This document shows positions 1-14,129 of a stretch of DNA of 64,000 nt, in pieces. The notes under the pieces were generated by a model that saw only the letters and a list, made by a program, of their open reading frames with translations, was not told the DNA's origin and made no database searches. Each line of letters starts with the position of its first letter. Within the stretch, counting starts at the first letter, position 1. Source of the DNA: Chrysomallon squamiferum (lineage: Eukaryota > Animalia > Mollusca); assembly GCA_012295275.1 (NCBI GenBank), contig CM022669.1, positions 15,748,001 to 15,812,000 of the forward strand, given 5' to 3'. The position numbers and the translations under genes are program-made.

Positions 1-473
1 GTATCGGTAAAAGAGCTGTGTGCACAGCGCCTTTAATAACACCGCCAACACCAAAACGGTAATTGCTTCTGATTTTTTGGTGTATGCAACCGGGCAGATT
101 AGGTCTGCTGGGTTTCTCAAATTAAGCCGGGAATACATTTTTATCTCTGGGTAATGAAACAGAAAATCTGTTTAGCCAATCTTCGTCTTGTCTGGCCTGG
201 CCTTAACGAATGCGACATATCATCATTCATGCACGGTTATTGTGGATGAAAGATGACGACATTAACAGATGCAAGAAACTGAAAACAAGCTTTAAAAAAA
301 CACACAAAAAACGAAAGAAAATGTGGCATAAGCAACTGGTCGCTGCATTTAACCTTGGAAATGCCGAAGAGCGGCAGGTTGGACAGGTTGCATCCTTCAC
401 GCCGTTTTATACTGATTATTATGCACAGTAATCTTAATTGACTGTCGGATTCTTCGGAATCCAGTCTTTTCAG

Positions 474-513
<40 letters not shown>

Positions 514-1523
514 CGAAATAAAACAGAAGCCTTCTTGTGGATAGGTGAAGTCATAACATCATTTACCATTCCTTTCAACTTTTTATTTATTAGTTTCGGA
601 TTTATGTAGATATTTACTTGATTGCCTGTCTTGATGAAAGACACAGTGTCCGAAACACAGTTAGAAAATAAATGAACTTGCATACATAATACAGGTTTTG
701 TGTCTACTAATATTAACACCAGCGGAGGATAGAACAAATTCAGTAAAAGCAATGAAAAGCTATTACCAATATACTGTGATTATTGCAGTTATTACCTTTT
801 CTGCTTCTGCTAGTACTATTAATACTACTACTGCTGCTGCGGCTGCTGTCGTCACTAGTACAATTACTGCTACTGCTACTGCTACTACTACTATACTATT
901 GCTGCTACTACTATCACTACCGTTAGCACCTCCAACATCACTACTATTACAACTACTACTAAAATTACTATTTCTGTTACTAAAAACTGCTTATTATTTC
1001 TGCTACAGTTCCTACTTCTACAACTACTGCTATCACTACTTTACTTCTGCTACTACAAAATAATAATGATAAGCAGAAGAAGAAGAGCGGAAATAAATAC
1101 GGTGCTGACAATAGAGATAAAACAAGAACAAATTATACGACGGAAAGCAAAAAACAAAAAAAAAAAAATAAACTGAAAAGATGCTTACGCTGTTTTGCAT
1201 TTGAAAGCAGAAATAAAGAATATAATTTTTTTTTTTATATATATATATCCATGTCGACTACTTCATACAGACTATTTCTTTGTTGCTTTAAAACTTTTGT
1301 AGGTGCCTGGTAAATAATATGCTTAATGTTTTCCGCTTTCGTGTGCTTTGTTTATTAATTGTATTTAACCACGCCTTTTCTTTCTGACAGTATCCTTCAA
1401 CTGTTCTTAGTGATACACATCTGTTTTCTATTTTCTGCAGTTTGGTTTATTTATGAATGCGATGTATTGTTTTCTAATAGGCAAATTTCTGTTGTTTTCA
1501 TTACTCACTAAAGTTTACATATA

Positions 1524-1567
<44 letters not shown>

Positions 1568-1649
1568 TACATACACACACACACATAACATACACATATG
1601 AACAACTTGGCATAAAATCTGGCTGTTTTTTACAAAATGAATAAAGATC

Positions 1650-1800
1650 TACTTTACGACCTACGTCAGGCCCAATAGATTCTAGGATCAATACTTCTGT
1701 ATACACTCTTCTGTTTTATTTCCAGTAACTCAAGAGAGGCCTGTCAAAGACCGTGGTATGTACTTCACTGTCAAGTAAAGCTGCATATATAAAATCCATT
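1650..1800 (+). mobile_element. Decayed SINE fragment (same family)
   Basis: CTAGGATCAATAC...TTATTTCCAGT...TCAAAGACCGTGGTATGT...GCATATATAAAATCC matches the core shared with the other copies. Confidence 0.45.
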
Positions 1801-2746
1801 AAAACCAAGTCAGGAAAAAAAACATGCCACGTTTGTTTTTGTTTTCTTTTCTAAACCGAATACATTAGGACGGGAACTAAGAGGCATATAAAAAACTGAT
1901 ATTCATGAATATAAATACTTTGTTTCAGAACAGGTGACAAATATTTAAAAAAGAAGAAGAAATAATTAATTACTGCTAAGAGCAAGAAGAGATAAGTTAT
2001 ACATTGGAATTTTAATTAACAGATATTAAGGAAAAGAAATACGGGAAAAAAAAAAAAAAAAAAAAAAAAACAAAATATAAAATACTATCATATAAAAAAT
2101 TAAATTAAAATGAAACGATGATAATTATAGCCTAAGGCACTCTAAAAGCGATGCAAAAGAGAAGAAAAAATGCATGCTTTTTCAATATTATGCTTTATCT
2201 TTAAATCAGCACTTTTAAGAAATCAGACCACATAGGGCGAAGAAGATGATATTCGTTGAAGTTGCTTTTATGAAAAAGAAAAAAATAAACCTGTTATTTT
2301 ATTTATGGCTTTAAATTAGCTGGATATTTTATCTTGACTATGCCAAGGAGAGGACAAACTGAATATTTTCTTTTGAATTACGAAAAGATAGGTTACATTA
2401 ACATTCTACACACACTTAATGCGACAGGTGTCAAAACTGATATCCGATCTGCTATCTACTGAATTACTGAAGATGATTATCAGGTTTAGGCTTAGAAAAT
2501 AATTTTTTATTGATATTGTCGTGCTGCATATAATTTAAATTATTGTGAATTTTTAATATATTAAGAATACTTTTTTAAAGGTATAAAATGCTTTTATATT
2601 CCATCGAATCCTTAAATTGTTAAATGATGAATACCTATTATATAACAGATGCTTTTCTGGATTTAATCATGTTAAGACCGTAATCTACGTCAAATAAAAG
2701 AGCCTGTATTTAGGGGAATATTACAAGCTATGGTGTACTGACAACG

Positions 2747-2855
<109 letters not shown>

Positions 2856-3330
2856 ATCTACCTCTATAATAATACAGTAAAAAAACAACATAATATAGTT
2901 TCAGAAAACCTTTTAGACAGTGTCGGCCTGTATGTAAATCTATCTTCATTTTAACCCACAGACTGTATCTAGATCCGTCCCTGATTTCAAGCAACTCAAA
3001 GTCTCAATACTTTGATGTTGCAGCTTTTCTGACTCAAGAGGCAGAAGAAAACTGTTCACAGAATGATATACCACGGAACGTTTCCCACGTGCCAGAATGA
3101 GTGCATTTCCTTGCATACGTGCATTCCTAACTCTGGAGAATCTGTCCTCACCGATCAGTCAAACGTCAAGCTGGAGGATTTTGAGAAGAAAAACGAAACA
3201 ACTTGTTTTGCGTTCTCTGAACACTGCTTCTCTTTTTGTTCTTCTTAAGTCAATAGATACGCGATAAATGCAAATTAAGAAAAAAAGGAAACATAAAATA
3301 GAGACAAACTGATCCACCGTTAAATCCAGA

Positions 3331-3387
<57 letters not shown>

Positions 3388-3682
3388 TAATAATAATAAC
3401 AACAATAATAATAATAATAATAAACTCATTTCTTCTCAACTTCTGAAGCTTCAAAAACACAATGCGTGTACCATGATGCATTTGCTAACATGTTTTATTC
3501 GCGTTAGTTTTCAAAATGAAGGAATCATCGTGTAGAAATATTCTTTGAAACCTGTCAGGATCATTGCAAACTGAAAATAGGTGATTGAATGAAGAAATTT
3601 GTTGTCATGAGTCATTGGTAGCTCAAACTGATTAGAAGTAAGGGAGCGTTTGTCTGCACCTTTTCTCCGAGACAGAAATAAT

Positions 3683-3815
3683 CCACGGTACACGTCGATA
3701 CTTCATCTGAGGGACACTGATTTGAACGGGAAATAAGCCAAAGGGCTCATAAATGTGGACAGATCCTGCTATTCACAATTTTTCAGGCTAGCGCTATACC
3801 ACTGAGGTATAGTTA
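3683..3815 (-). mobile_element. Decayed tRNA-derived SINE
   Basis: Minus strand has A-box-like TACCTCAGTGGTATAGCGC, B-box-like AGGATCTGTCC, then TTATTTCCCGTTC...CAGTG...CCGTGG, shared with other copies in the window. It resembles gastropod SINEs from memory (not searched). Confidence 0.55.
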
Positions 3816-4038
3816 ATATGTAGGATTAAGAACCAAAAATCATAAATTATATCTATCTATCTGTTATAGTACCTTTTTGTTGCAAAAGTCGATAGATTAG
3901 GAACTAAAGTTGATTTCTAATCTTTGGATTTGGAAGACACAGTAATAATAATAATCTTCATAAAACGTATTACATCAAATCTACACCACAAATACAGCAT
4001 CTCCAGAGAAATGTTTTCTTTTTTAATGTTAAAAAGAA

Positions 4039-4102
<64 letters not shown>

Positions 4103-4504
4103 ATTTACCACAAGCGTCATACAATATGAAAATACCGTATTACAAGGATAACATTACAATACGAAATACAAAGCGCACGCCTGTCATTCCACTGCCCAAC
4201 AGTAGATGCATTACTTTACACTGTATTTTACAGTGGTATGTCACACAGGTATCATTGTAATGGAATGACGCGTTATTACACGAGGTGTATTGAAGCTTAG
4301 CACGGACACTGAAACCATATATGATTGTACAAAGCGAGTAAAAAGGTGTGGATGTGTTAGGTCAGGCGGTATTATCCATGATTATAAATCTCTGGAATGT
4401 TGTTAATGTAAATTATTCTAATACACTTGAACGTTGTTATTATTAATATTTCTATTTCTGTTGCTTCTGCCTCTACTACTGCTAGCAGCAGCACTTTGAC
4501 TAGA

Positions 4505-4862
4505 ACAACTACTGCAACTATTTCTAATACTACTGCAACTATTTCTAATACTACTGCTACTATTTCTAATACTACTGCTGCAACTACAACTAAATATGCA
4601 ATTTGTATTAACTACTGTTGCTGCTGCTACTGCTACTTCTACCACCAACAACCTTACTACTACTGCTATTATTACTACCACTACTACTATTACAACTTCT
4701 ACGACTGCAAATATTAGGCCTATTATTTATCTAGTATTTCTCTCTTTCTTATTTGCTACTACTGCTGTTATTACTACCATCACTACTACTACTATTACAA
4801 CTACTACGACTGCAAATATTAGGCCTATTATTTATCTAGTATTTCTCTCTTTCTTATTTGCT
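4505..4862. repeat. Tandem repeats: three 21-bp units (ACTACTGCAACTATTTCTAAT) and a ~105-bp tandem duplication
   Basis: CTACGACTGCAAATATTAGGCCTATTATTTATCTAGTATTTCTCTCTTTCTTATTTGCT occurs twice in succession. Confidence 0.9.
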
Positions 4863-5922
4863 TAAGCAGTTCAAGTATATCCACAGCCACAAACAAACAC
4901 ACCCACACATATGCATATACACGCACACACAAACATACGATGACAGAGAGAAAGAGAGAGCGGGGCAGTCAGTTCAAGAGAACATTACAGAATAAAGAAA
5001 AGAGCAAATCGAAAGTTGAGAAAGTTCGCGCATGACCGCTTCTTAATTAAGCGCGTCGGTAACCGGGTTTAAAATGATTTATTTCACTTTTTCTTTAAGC
5101 TGCCATTATTCATGGTTCATTATTTGCGAGATTATAAGTAATACCTATATATATATACCGTTACAAAATCACGTACAACAGAAAACATGTACCCTATTTC
5201 AAAGCATTGGGTTCACATTTAGTTTTGAATAATGTATTTATGTCTAGATAGTAAAGACCAAGATGATGTCTGTTTTTACGTCACATATTTTATATGACAA
5301 ACTTAATTTCACAGATGAAATAGAAAGTGTAACCTTACATGCTCAGTGATATATCATCCATTCACTTCTTCTTATACGTTCTGCTAAATCATGATTTTGT
5401 TTCTTAAATTTCCTATCTCAAGAATGAAACTCATTTTTAGACTGAAACCTTCCTCTTCCTTATAATATCTCTCTCTCTATATTTCTCTCTCTGTTTTATG
5501 CCTTTCTAAAAGTTTAGAGAAGTAAGTATTGATGCTGCCCACTCATTTGCTTTGTTCTTTCTTTCTTTTCTTTACTTCGTTCTTTTATTTTGTGTAAACG
5601 ATATTTGATGCCTAGACATTTTTATACAGATTGTACACACACAGATACACATACACACACATACACGTAAACAGCCGAAAGTATTAGGTATGCATTCTTA
5701 ATTTTAATAAAAAAATAACACTTCACTAGAAAAATACATAAATAAAAAGAAAACAACAAACAAACAAGACAAAAAAAAAAAAAAAAATAAAAAAATAAAT
5801 CATAAAAAGAAAAAAATTATAGTAAGAGCAAACAATGTAATAAAAGTATAGATTAAAATTATATATATGAATGTGTTGAAGCTATACTGCTAGAGCGAAA
5901 GAAAGAATAAGTATTAACTTAC

Positions 5923-6245
5923 CTTGTAAATTTCATAATTTCTGATGATCAAACACACAAACAGCTATATTAAGGGAAAAAAAAAAAAAAAAGAGAGAAA
6001 AAAACAAACAAATTATCCACACAAATCTGATCTAACTACTTTTAAGGTCCTCGAATCATTTGGAACAAAATATCCATTGGCACAGTCAGAAATCTGTAAA
6101 ACTCGCTCTCTACAGTATTCCAAGAAATGACAAGACGGCGCAAAATCGTTCCCTTTTTCACCGCATCGCTTTGAATCAATGTCACGCGATCGACACTGCT
6201 TCTTTTTTTTTTTTTTTTGATTAAGCGCGCTCTGTAACTGACTGA
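5923..6245 (-). other. Probable first exon (5'UTR, possibly ATG AAA TTT ACA AG) of a second minus-strand gene continuing toward or beyond position 1
   Basis: Tandem Inr-like TCAGTCAGTT (6245-6236) inside a CpG-rich island, and a consensus donor AAG|GTAAGT at 5922-5917. Confidence 0.45.
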
Positions 6246-6495
6246 CGTCTGGCGCTAAGCAGACGACACAATACGTACAACTAGCGCGCGCGACTCTCGG
6301 CAGACGGAGCCAAAAGTTTCCCTAGCGAGTCGTTCGCTTCACTCGAGCGAACTACGACCACACTTCATTACGGGCTGTAATACACTTGCACTTATTTTTG
6401 TAAGGGTACACGGACTCGCGTTGTCGTGTTGTTTATTTCGGAGTAAACTCCGTGGGATGGTTGCGGAAGTTTGAAAGAAGATCTCCAGCGGCAAA
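6130..6495. promoter_or_regulatory. CpG-rich promoter-like island
   Basis: Very high CpG density (GCGCGCGCG and many CG) relative to the AT-rich flanks. Adjacent to the Inr-like motifs and donor. Confidence 0.5.
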
Positions 6496-6517
6496 TGATA
6501 AAATTAAGAAAAAAATA

Positions 6518-6557
<40 letters not shown>

Positions 6558-6661
6558 AAGTAAATAAAATAAAATAAAATAAATAAATAAATAAATATAA
6601 AAGTTAAGTAAATGAATAAAATATATATCTATATTATTTATGTATTTTCTTTACTTATTTT

Positions 6662-6695
<34 letters not shown>

Positions 6696-8650
6696 TTTTA
6701 TTATTATTATTATTATTTTTATTATTATTAATAATAATTTCTTTCTTAAACTGACAGATAAATCCTATCATTTTGTAATATTATATGTACGGCATAGTTA
6801 ATATGTCATTACCAAGATGATTTGTTCATCTTAATTCTCTTCACTATGATGGCGATTAAGCCACCGTTATTACTACTCTTACGCCTACTATTACTATTAC
6901 TACTACTACTACTACTACCACTACTGCTACTGCTATTACTACTACAACTACTACTACTACTACTGCTACTATTAAAAAACCTCTATCACTACTTCTATTA
7001 CTGTTCTTCAACATCTACTACTATTACTATTACTACTACAACTACTATCACAGCTGTTACTATTACTGTTGCACTGCTTGTGGTTGCTACCAGTTACCGT
7101 TGTTACTTTTCCTTCTTTTTATTATGTTTACTACATACACATTTATTATTGTTATTATTCCTTTTAGTTCTTTTTAATTCCTTTACAAACTCAGTGACAT
7201 GTTAAGCTGCATTGAATTTACTTTGTTTACCCAACAAAACGAGCACAGAACGACCCTTCGACAAGATTTGAAATGGGATTTGACGCCATATTAATCGAGA
7301 CATTTTTTTTTTTTTTTTAAATCTGTTATTATCATATTTTCATGTGTGCGGCGTGCAAACATTCCTGGCAACAAAGAGAGATGACATAAGGACATGCAGT
7401 TATAATACACTGTCTAGGAATTTGCGGAATGTCTTCACGTAAAAAAGAAAAAAGAAAAAAAAAAAAAAAAAAGAAGAAGAAACTGAGTGAGCGGGTAACG
7501 TAAAAATGTGTGCACATGCTGTACGTCTTTTGTGTGGAAACAGGTTTTCATGCTCGGTGCAGGCAGCTATGCAGAATAACAAGCAGGCTCAGTATGACAT
7601 ACACGAAATTGCTGCTGGATTGCTTCAATTAAATTTGCAAAGAATGTTTACTGACAACCCAGTGTTTTGACACTCCGGATGATATTTTCTTTCGCTCTTC
7701 TTTTTTTTTTCCTTCCTTTTTGTCTTTCTTTCTTTCTCTGTCTTTTTTTATTTTTATCTTTCATTCTTTCTTTTTTTATTCTTTCTTTCTTTCTTACCTT
7801 CCTTCCTCCTTTCGTTTTTTTATTTGTTTCTGAATTTTATTTTATTTTATTTGAAAAATATTTTATACGTGTTTTCACCTTTGGTTTCTATTTTCTTATT
7901 TTTCGTTAATTCGATATTCTATTTTTTTTTTGTTTTGTTGTTCCTTCTTCTTTCTTTCTCAATTTCCCGATAATAAATATGTATGCCAAAAGCCTCGCTT
8001 CCATAACCAGTTTTATTACATTGTATTACAACTATTGATAGACTGACAGTCTTTATGCCTCTCAATAAAGACATATTTTAACCCAGGTTAATACTGTGCA
8101 TATCTATGGGCGCAGTGACTTGCATGTCATCGTATACCCTTTATAAAATATCTTACAAATTGTAGTCTGGGTCTCGGGTTTCCTTCTGAAATGATAAAAC
8201 TAGACATTATTACTGTAATTAAAGTCTACCGTGAAATTCGTGGTTCGTTGGTCACAAGATGATGCATTTTCCAAGCTAACGATATATCGTTGTACTCCCG
8301 ACATAATATTTGCTCGTAATAATTATAGGTACGATTTCAAGAAATGTTATTCTTCAGATACTTTTTATTACACATTTTGCTCCGATGTCAGACAAATTTA
8401 TGATGTAGAATGTTTTTTGGAGAATAACAAATTCTAAGAGAAAACATTATTATGTTATATTACACACACACAAACAGTCACACACACAACACACACACAC
8501 AAACACACACATGTATATAAATACATACATACGCACATATATACATACATACATATGTATATATGAAAGTATGTATGTATATATATATATATAAATATAT
8601 GTGTGTGTACATGTGTATATATATATATAATATATGTATGTGTGTGTGTA

Positions 8651-8682
<32 letters not shown>

Positions 8683-9244
8683 ATATGTCTTTCCTTGTTC
8701 GTCTTGACAAATAATATATTTTCAGATGCTATAAATCTTACATCTGAAGAGAAACAGAACAGAAAGAAAAATATGTTTCTCTGCTGGTATGTTCTTATGT
8801 AAATATATATTATTTTGCTCTGTCACTTTTTTATTTATTTTTGTTTTGCTAGGACGAATAATACTGGGAGTAAATTATAGCAGTATACTGACTGTTAATG
8901 TACACAGTGCATAGTGCACATTTTTTCTTTTATCCACATAATTTAGTTTCTGTGTGGTGCATTCTGCTTTATGTTTAATGCATTATATGTTTTATGGAGC
9001 TTCTGTTTTTATTCTTTTTTTTTTTGGTTCCACCCACATATTTTGAAATTCCACTCCTAAAATAAAAATATTTTATTTAGTCACGGTACACTGGCTTATT
9101 GCAATAATAATAAAAAAAAAAAGAACAGATATTCTCGAAGAATGTTAGGGATCGCCTTTTTAAATAGCTACTCAGATATTAGAATTTTGTTTACGTTGTG
9201 TTGATTATGTTGCCAGTGTCTGTGGGTATGGGTGAGCGTGTGCT

Positions 9245-10058
9245 TATATGTGTGTGTGAGTGAGTGCATGCGTGTGTATACATGTGTGTGTGTGTGTGTG
9301 TGAGTGAGTGCATGAGTGTGTATACGTGTGTGTGTGTGAGTGAGTGCATGAGTGTGTATACGTGTGTGTGTGTGAGTGAGTGCATGCGTGTGTATATACA
9401 TGTGTGTGTTTGTGTGAGTTAGTGCATGCGTGCATATATACATGTGTGTGTGTGTGTGAGTGAGTGCATGCGTATGTAATATATGTGTGTGTGTGTGTGT
9501 GTGTGTGAGTGCATGAGTGTGTATACGTGTGTGTGTGTGAGTGAGTGCATGAGTGTGTGTACATGTGTGTGTGTGTGTGAGTGAGTGCATGCGTGTGTAT
9601 ATACATGTGTGTGTGTGTGTGTGAGTTAGTGCATGCGTGCATATATATACATGTGTGTGTGTGTGAGTGAGTGCATGCGTATGTAATATACATGTGTGTG
9701 TGTGTGTGTGTGAGTGAGTGCATGAGTGTGTATACGTGTGTGTGTGTGTGAGTGAGTGCATGAGTGTGTATACGTGTGTGTGTGTGAGTGAGTGCATGCG
9801 TGTGTATATACATGTGTGTGTTTGTGTGAGTTAGTGCATGCGTGCATATATACATGTGTGTGTGTGTGTGAGTGAGTGCATGCGTGTGTAATATACATGT
9901 GTGTGTGTGTGTGAGTGAGTGCATGAGTGTGTATAATTGTGTGTGTGTGAGTGAGTGCATGCGTGTGTATATACATGTGTGTGTGTGAGTGAGTGCATGC
10001 GTGTGTGTATACGTGTGTGTGTGTGTGTGTGAGTGAGTGCATGCGTGTGTATACATGT
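9245..10058. repeat. Compound minisatellite, ~20 units of ~36-45 bp [(GT)n GAGTGAGTGCATG(C/A)GTGTGTATA(TACAT/C)], with ~205-bp higher-order repeat
   Basis: Recurrent AGTGCATG core. The variant GAGTTAGTGCATGCGTGCATATATA recurs at ~9416, ~9623 and ~9828. Confidence 0.95.
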
Positions 10059-11253
10059 GGCTGTGTAATTAAGTGTAAAAGAAAGGGAGAGAAATTTGAC
10101 TCATCAAGGATTGGTGGATATGTGTGTGTATTTGTGTGTGTGTTTGTATGTGTGTGTGTGTGTGTGTTCTATAGTAAGATAAATAGAAAGAGATGAAAGG
10201 TTTATATCCAGATTTGTGTATGCATAAACTTTTATTTGTATGTGGTATTTGTGAGAAAGTGTGTTTAGATGAATTTTTCTTTTTGTGTGTGAGTTTATAT
10301 GTATGTTTATTTATACATATGTATGCTTGTATGTATCTAGGTATGTGTGTGCGTGTGTGCGTGTGTGCGTGTGTGTATGTTTAAGCACACATACATATAT
10401 GTGCGTGCGTGCATATGCATGTGTTTTTATGCGTCCGTTGCTTATAATGGAGAATTAAAATCTTTAAACATTGCCAAATACTGTTACAGGGAAGAATAAC
10501 AAAGTATAGAGAAACAGAAAGAAAGATAAATATGGATAAGAAGACACTGGATTTGTAGTTTCGTAGCAAATATGTGATGTTGCATATAATGTACATTTTT
10601 ATAATTAACCACGTTATAATCAAAGTATATGAGATACAGGGATGCAGGATCTCACGTAAACACACCTGTCTCACCTGTGCTGGAATATATTAAGTTCAGT
10701 TACATACGTTAAGTTTGCAAAACAATAATGAACTTTTAACCGCGAAAATTAATCTTTATGCTTAGTAAATATTTGAATTATTTAGTTCACATGTCTGTTG
10801 CTACTACTGTTCCTGCTGCTGCATTTTTACTACTACTACTACTACTACTACAACTATTACTGTTGTTAATATTATTACAACAACAACAACAACAACTACT
10901 ACTACAACTACTACTATTTCCACTCTGTTACAACAGCTACTACTACAACCGCTAATTATAATAACGTTAAACGTTTTTATGACTTAATAACAAGGCACAG
11001 TTATTAAGGGAAATTATATTAATTTTTCACCTGGTTTGTTGCTTTATACAAAAAATAAATATTTAAATACTAGTAGTTTTATGTTTTCCTTTTTTTTTCT
11101 TTCTTTTCTTTTTTTTTTTCCATTTTTTTCTTTTCCTGGGTGGGTGTTATGATCACCATTTAGGATACATATTCCATATTTATTTTATCTGCTCCTTTTT
11201 TTTCATTGTTAGCCGGATTTGGAAATTACTTGTTCTTCATTGGTGCTGTGAAA

Positions 11254-11299
<46 letters not shown>

Positions 11300-11592
11300 C
11301 ATAGACATCTGTGGATAGCTTGTTGTCATTAGCAACAAAATCAACAACAATAATAAACAACAATAAATAAATAAATTTTCCAAATGAAAAATAAAATAAA
11401 ATAAAATAAAATAAAATAAAATAAAATAAAAAAAATAAAAAAAAAAAAAAAAAAAATAAAATAAAAATAAAAAAACACAAAAGCAACAACCTAACTTACT
11501 GAAAAACCTTTTTTTTCGCTTACCTACAACTGTAGCCCAATTTACAAAATTCCACTGTTCCTTCTTCAAATATATTACGCAAAAAAAAAAAA

Positions 11593-11625
<33 letters not shown>

Positions 11626-12064
11626 AAATTATGAACACCTCAATGATAAACGACCCCTCCCGCTTTTGTGTTTTTATGTTTGGGTTGTCATGAAATATAC
11701 ACCACTGCAGAAAGAGATTTACTGCAACCGGTTTGCGAAGCAGTATGTTCTGCGACAAGGCAAATGGCATGTCGTTACGACCTCGCAAACAATGTTGTGA
11801 AAAAAAAAAAAAAAAAAAAAAAAGGGAGAGAGATAACATAGGAGCCGCTTTTGTTTAACCAAACATGTAAACGAAATGCATTGTGTTCACGAGATATTAA
11901 TTTTAGTTGCATGTATTGTGTATATCGGGCTACCGTGTGCAGATAGATCGTATCTATGTATAATGCAATTGTTTGTATGAACTATGTGTATACATACGTA
12001 CGAACACTTATTGTATATAAACATACATTTTATACAGATCGAGATTTTATGCAGATCAAGTTTG

Positions 12065-12116
<52 letters not shown>

Positions 12117-12828
12117 TGAGTGAGTGTGTGAGTGAGTGTGTGTGTGTGTGTGTACAAACTTACATAGATACTCACATATACATACATAGGTGCATAGACA
12201 CATTCACATATATACATATATATATACATACATACATACATACACACATACATATACCTTTTATTCATACAGTATTTTATTTAATGCTATTTATTTTATT
12301 TTATTTTTTTCTACTACTTATTCTATATTATTTGTTTATATTCATGGAGGCAAGACTGCTGGAGACTACGGGAGCACTGAGATAAACAGTGAACACAGAT
12401 ACAAAAAAACATGTAACACAAACACTTGCATCTTTATCTTTATCTTTATCTCAGTATTCCGTACACTTTGCACATTCTGCATGTTACGTTATCTGCAGGA
12501 ATTCCGAGATGCATGTTACGTTATTCCTGTGACAGCCCCCGAAATATCCTCTGACGTGAAATGTGAGAAAAGAAAGAAAAGGAACGAGAAATGATCAAGA
12601 TGATTAAGATGAATAAAAAAAAGAAAAGAAAAAAGCAACAAACAAGTGACAAACACCTCGACACAGACACCAAAGAACAAGTACTATAAAGTCAGTAACA
12701 ACGGAGTCTACAACAACGACAACTACATTTCCAAAATCATAATTTATTACTACTTCTATTACTTCTACTACTACTACTAATGATAATAATGACGTTGATG
12801 AAAATAATAAAATTAATGATTTTAAGAT

Positions 12829-12829
12829 G

Positions 12830-12894
<65 letters not shown>

Positions 12895-12929
12895 AAGAAG
12901 AAGAAGAAGAAGAAGAAGAAGAAGAAGAA
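12829..12929. repeat. (AAT)n-(AAG)n compound microsatellite
   Basis: Direct reading. Confidence 0.95.
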
Positions 12930-13453
12930 AGAGAAGAAAATGATAATGGCAAAGAAACAGAACAAAAATAACATCAGCTACAACGTCACCTAACACTGCT
13001 TCTCCTCCATCCACTACTGCAACAACTGCAACGACTGGAAAAGATCAAAACCTAAATAGGAGAATAATGACAACAACAACAACAAAAAATGTATCAAAGA
13101 TAATTTAATTATCGCTTCACGCAGGTAGAAAGATTAAACGTACAGCAGTATAGAAATCTCATCTTATTGTAAAAGTGTTTATTGGAGACTTTATGACACA
13201 AGCCTAGCAGGCGTGACAAATTAGTTGCATCTGCTATGATCGGCTCATCTTCGCTAATCTTTTAGACTAGAACATATGAGACAGGTGTATTTACTTACCT
13301 CACGTTTAGGTGTTCTTAGTTCTGTTTCAAGTTCATTTTTATGATGTAACATATATCTCACATTATGCATTCGCGCAACATGAGTGTTCGCTTACTTAGT
13401 AACTGCAGAGGCTGCCTGTTGTGAAAAAGTGATAAAGGTGTGAACCTGAATGC

Positions 13454-13456
<3 letters not shown>

Positions 13457-13528
<72 letters not shown>

Positions 13529-13725
13529 GATATTAAAAGGGCATAAAAACACACACACACACATATAAAATATTCATTTTGCTTTATGTTCAAACCATTG
13601 CGCTTTTCTTTTCTGTTTATGTTAACATGCTTTAAGTTAACTCCCTAAATGAAAACATTTTCCTATGGTTTCGGTCCAGTGGTTATTTGAATAACATCTA
13701 CAACAGAAAGACACACACATATACA

Positions 13726-13803
<78 letters not shown>

Positions 13804-13908
13804 ACCACACACATATATATAGTTATGTGTGTGTTTGTCCATTTTACATATATACATACACATAGAGGGACAAATAGAGACAGAGGGAGAGAGCGAGATA
13901 GAGGAAAG

Positions 13909-13990
<82 letters not shown>
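13457..13990. repeat. Microsatellite cluster: (AG)n 13457-13526, (ACAT)n/(AT)n, (AG)n 13912-13990
   Basis: Direct reading. Confidence 0.95.
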
Positions 13991-13992
<2 letters not shown>

Positions 13993-14129
13993 CTGGCGAT
14001 AATAATGATTATGACGATGCATTCCAGCTGGTACATTTTGATCCCTTACCTTTAATGCACTGCATACCCATAAAACCTCGTCTTTGCATAATTATTTTCT
14101 TTTTTTCACATATATATATTTTTTTTTTC

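Noticed and set aside
698-1063. Mucin-like or poly-Thr/Leu/Val ORFs here and at 4418-4865, 6822-7205, 19192-19761, 21069-21434, 37442-37735, 45485-45694 and 51484-51903
   Set aside because: Products of (ACT)n/(AAT)n trinucleotide repeats, open on both strands and in multiple frames.
9168-10056. Long His/Thr-rich ORFs (up to 270 aa)
   Set aside because: Translations of the (GT)n minisatellite, open in several frames, with no domain or splice support.
9245-10058. Regularly spaced repeat resembling a CRISPR array
   Set aside because: Spacers are (GT)n variants, not unique sequences. The context is eukaryotic with no cas genes.
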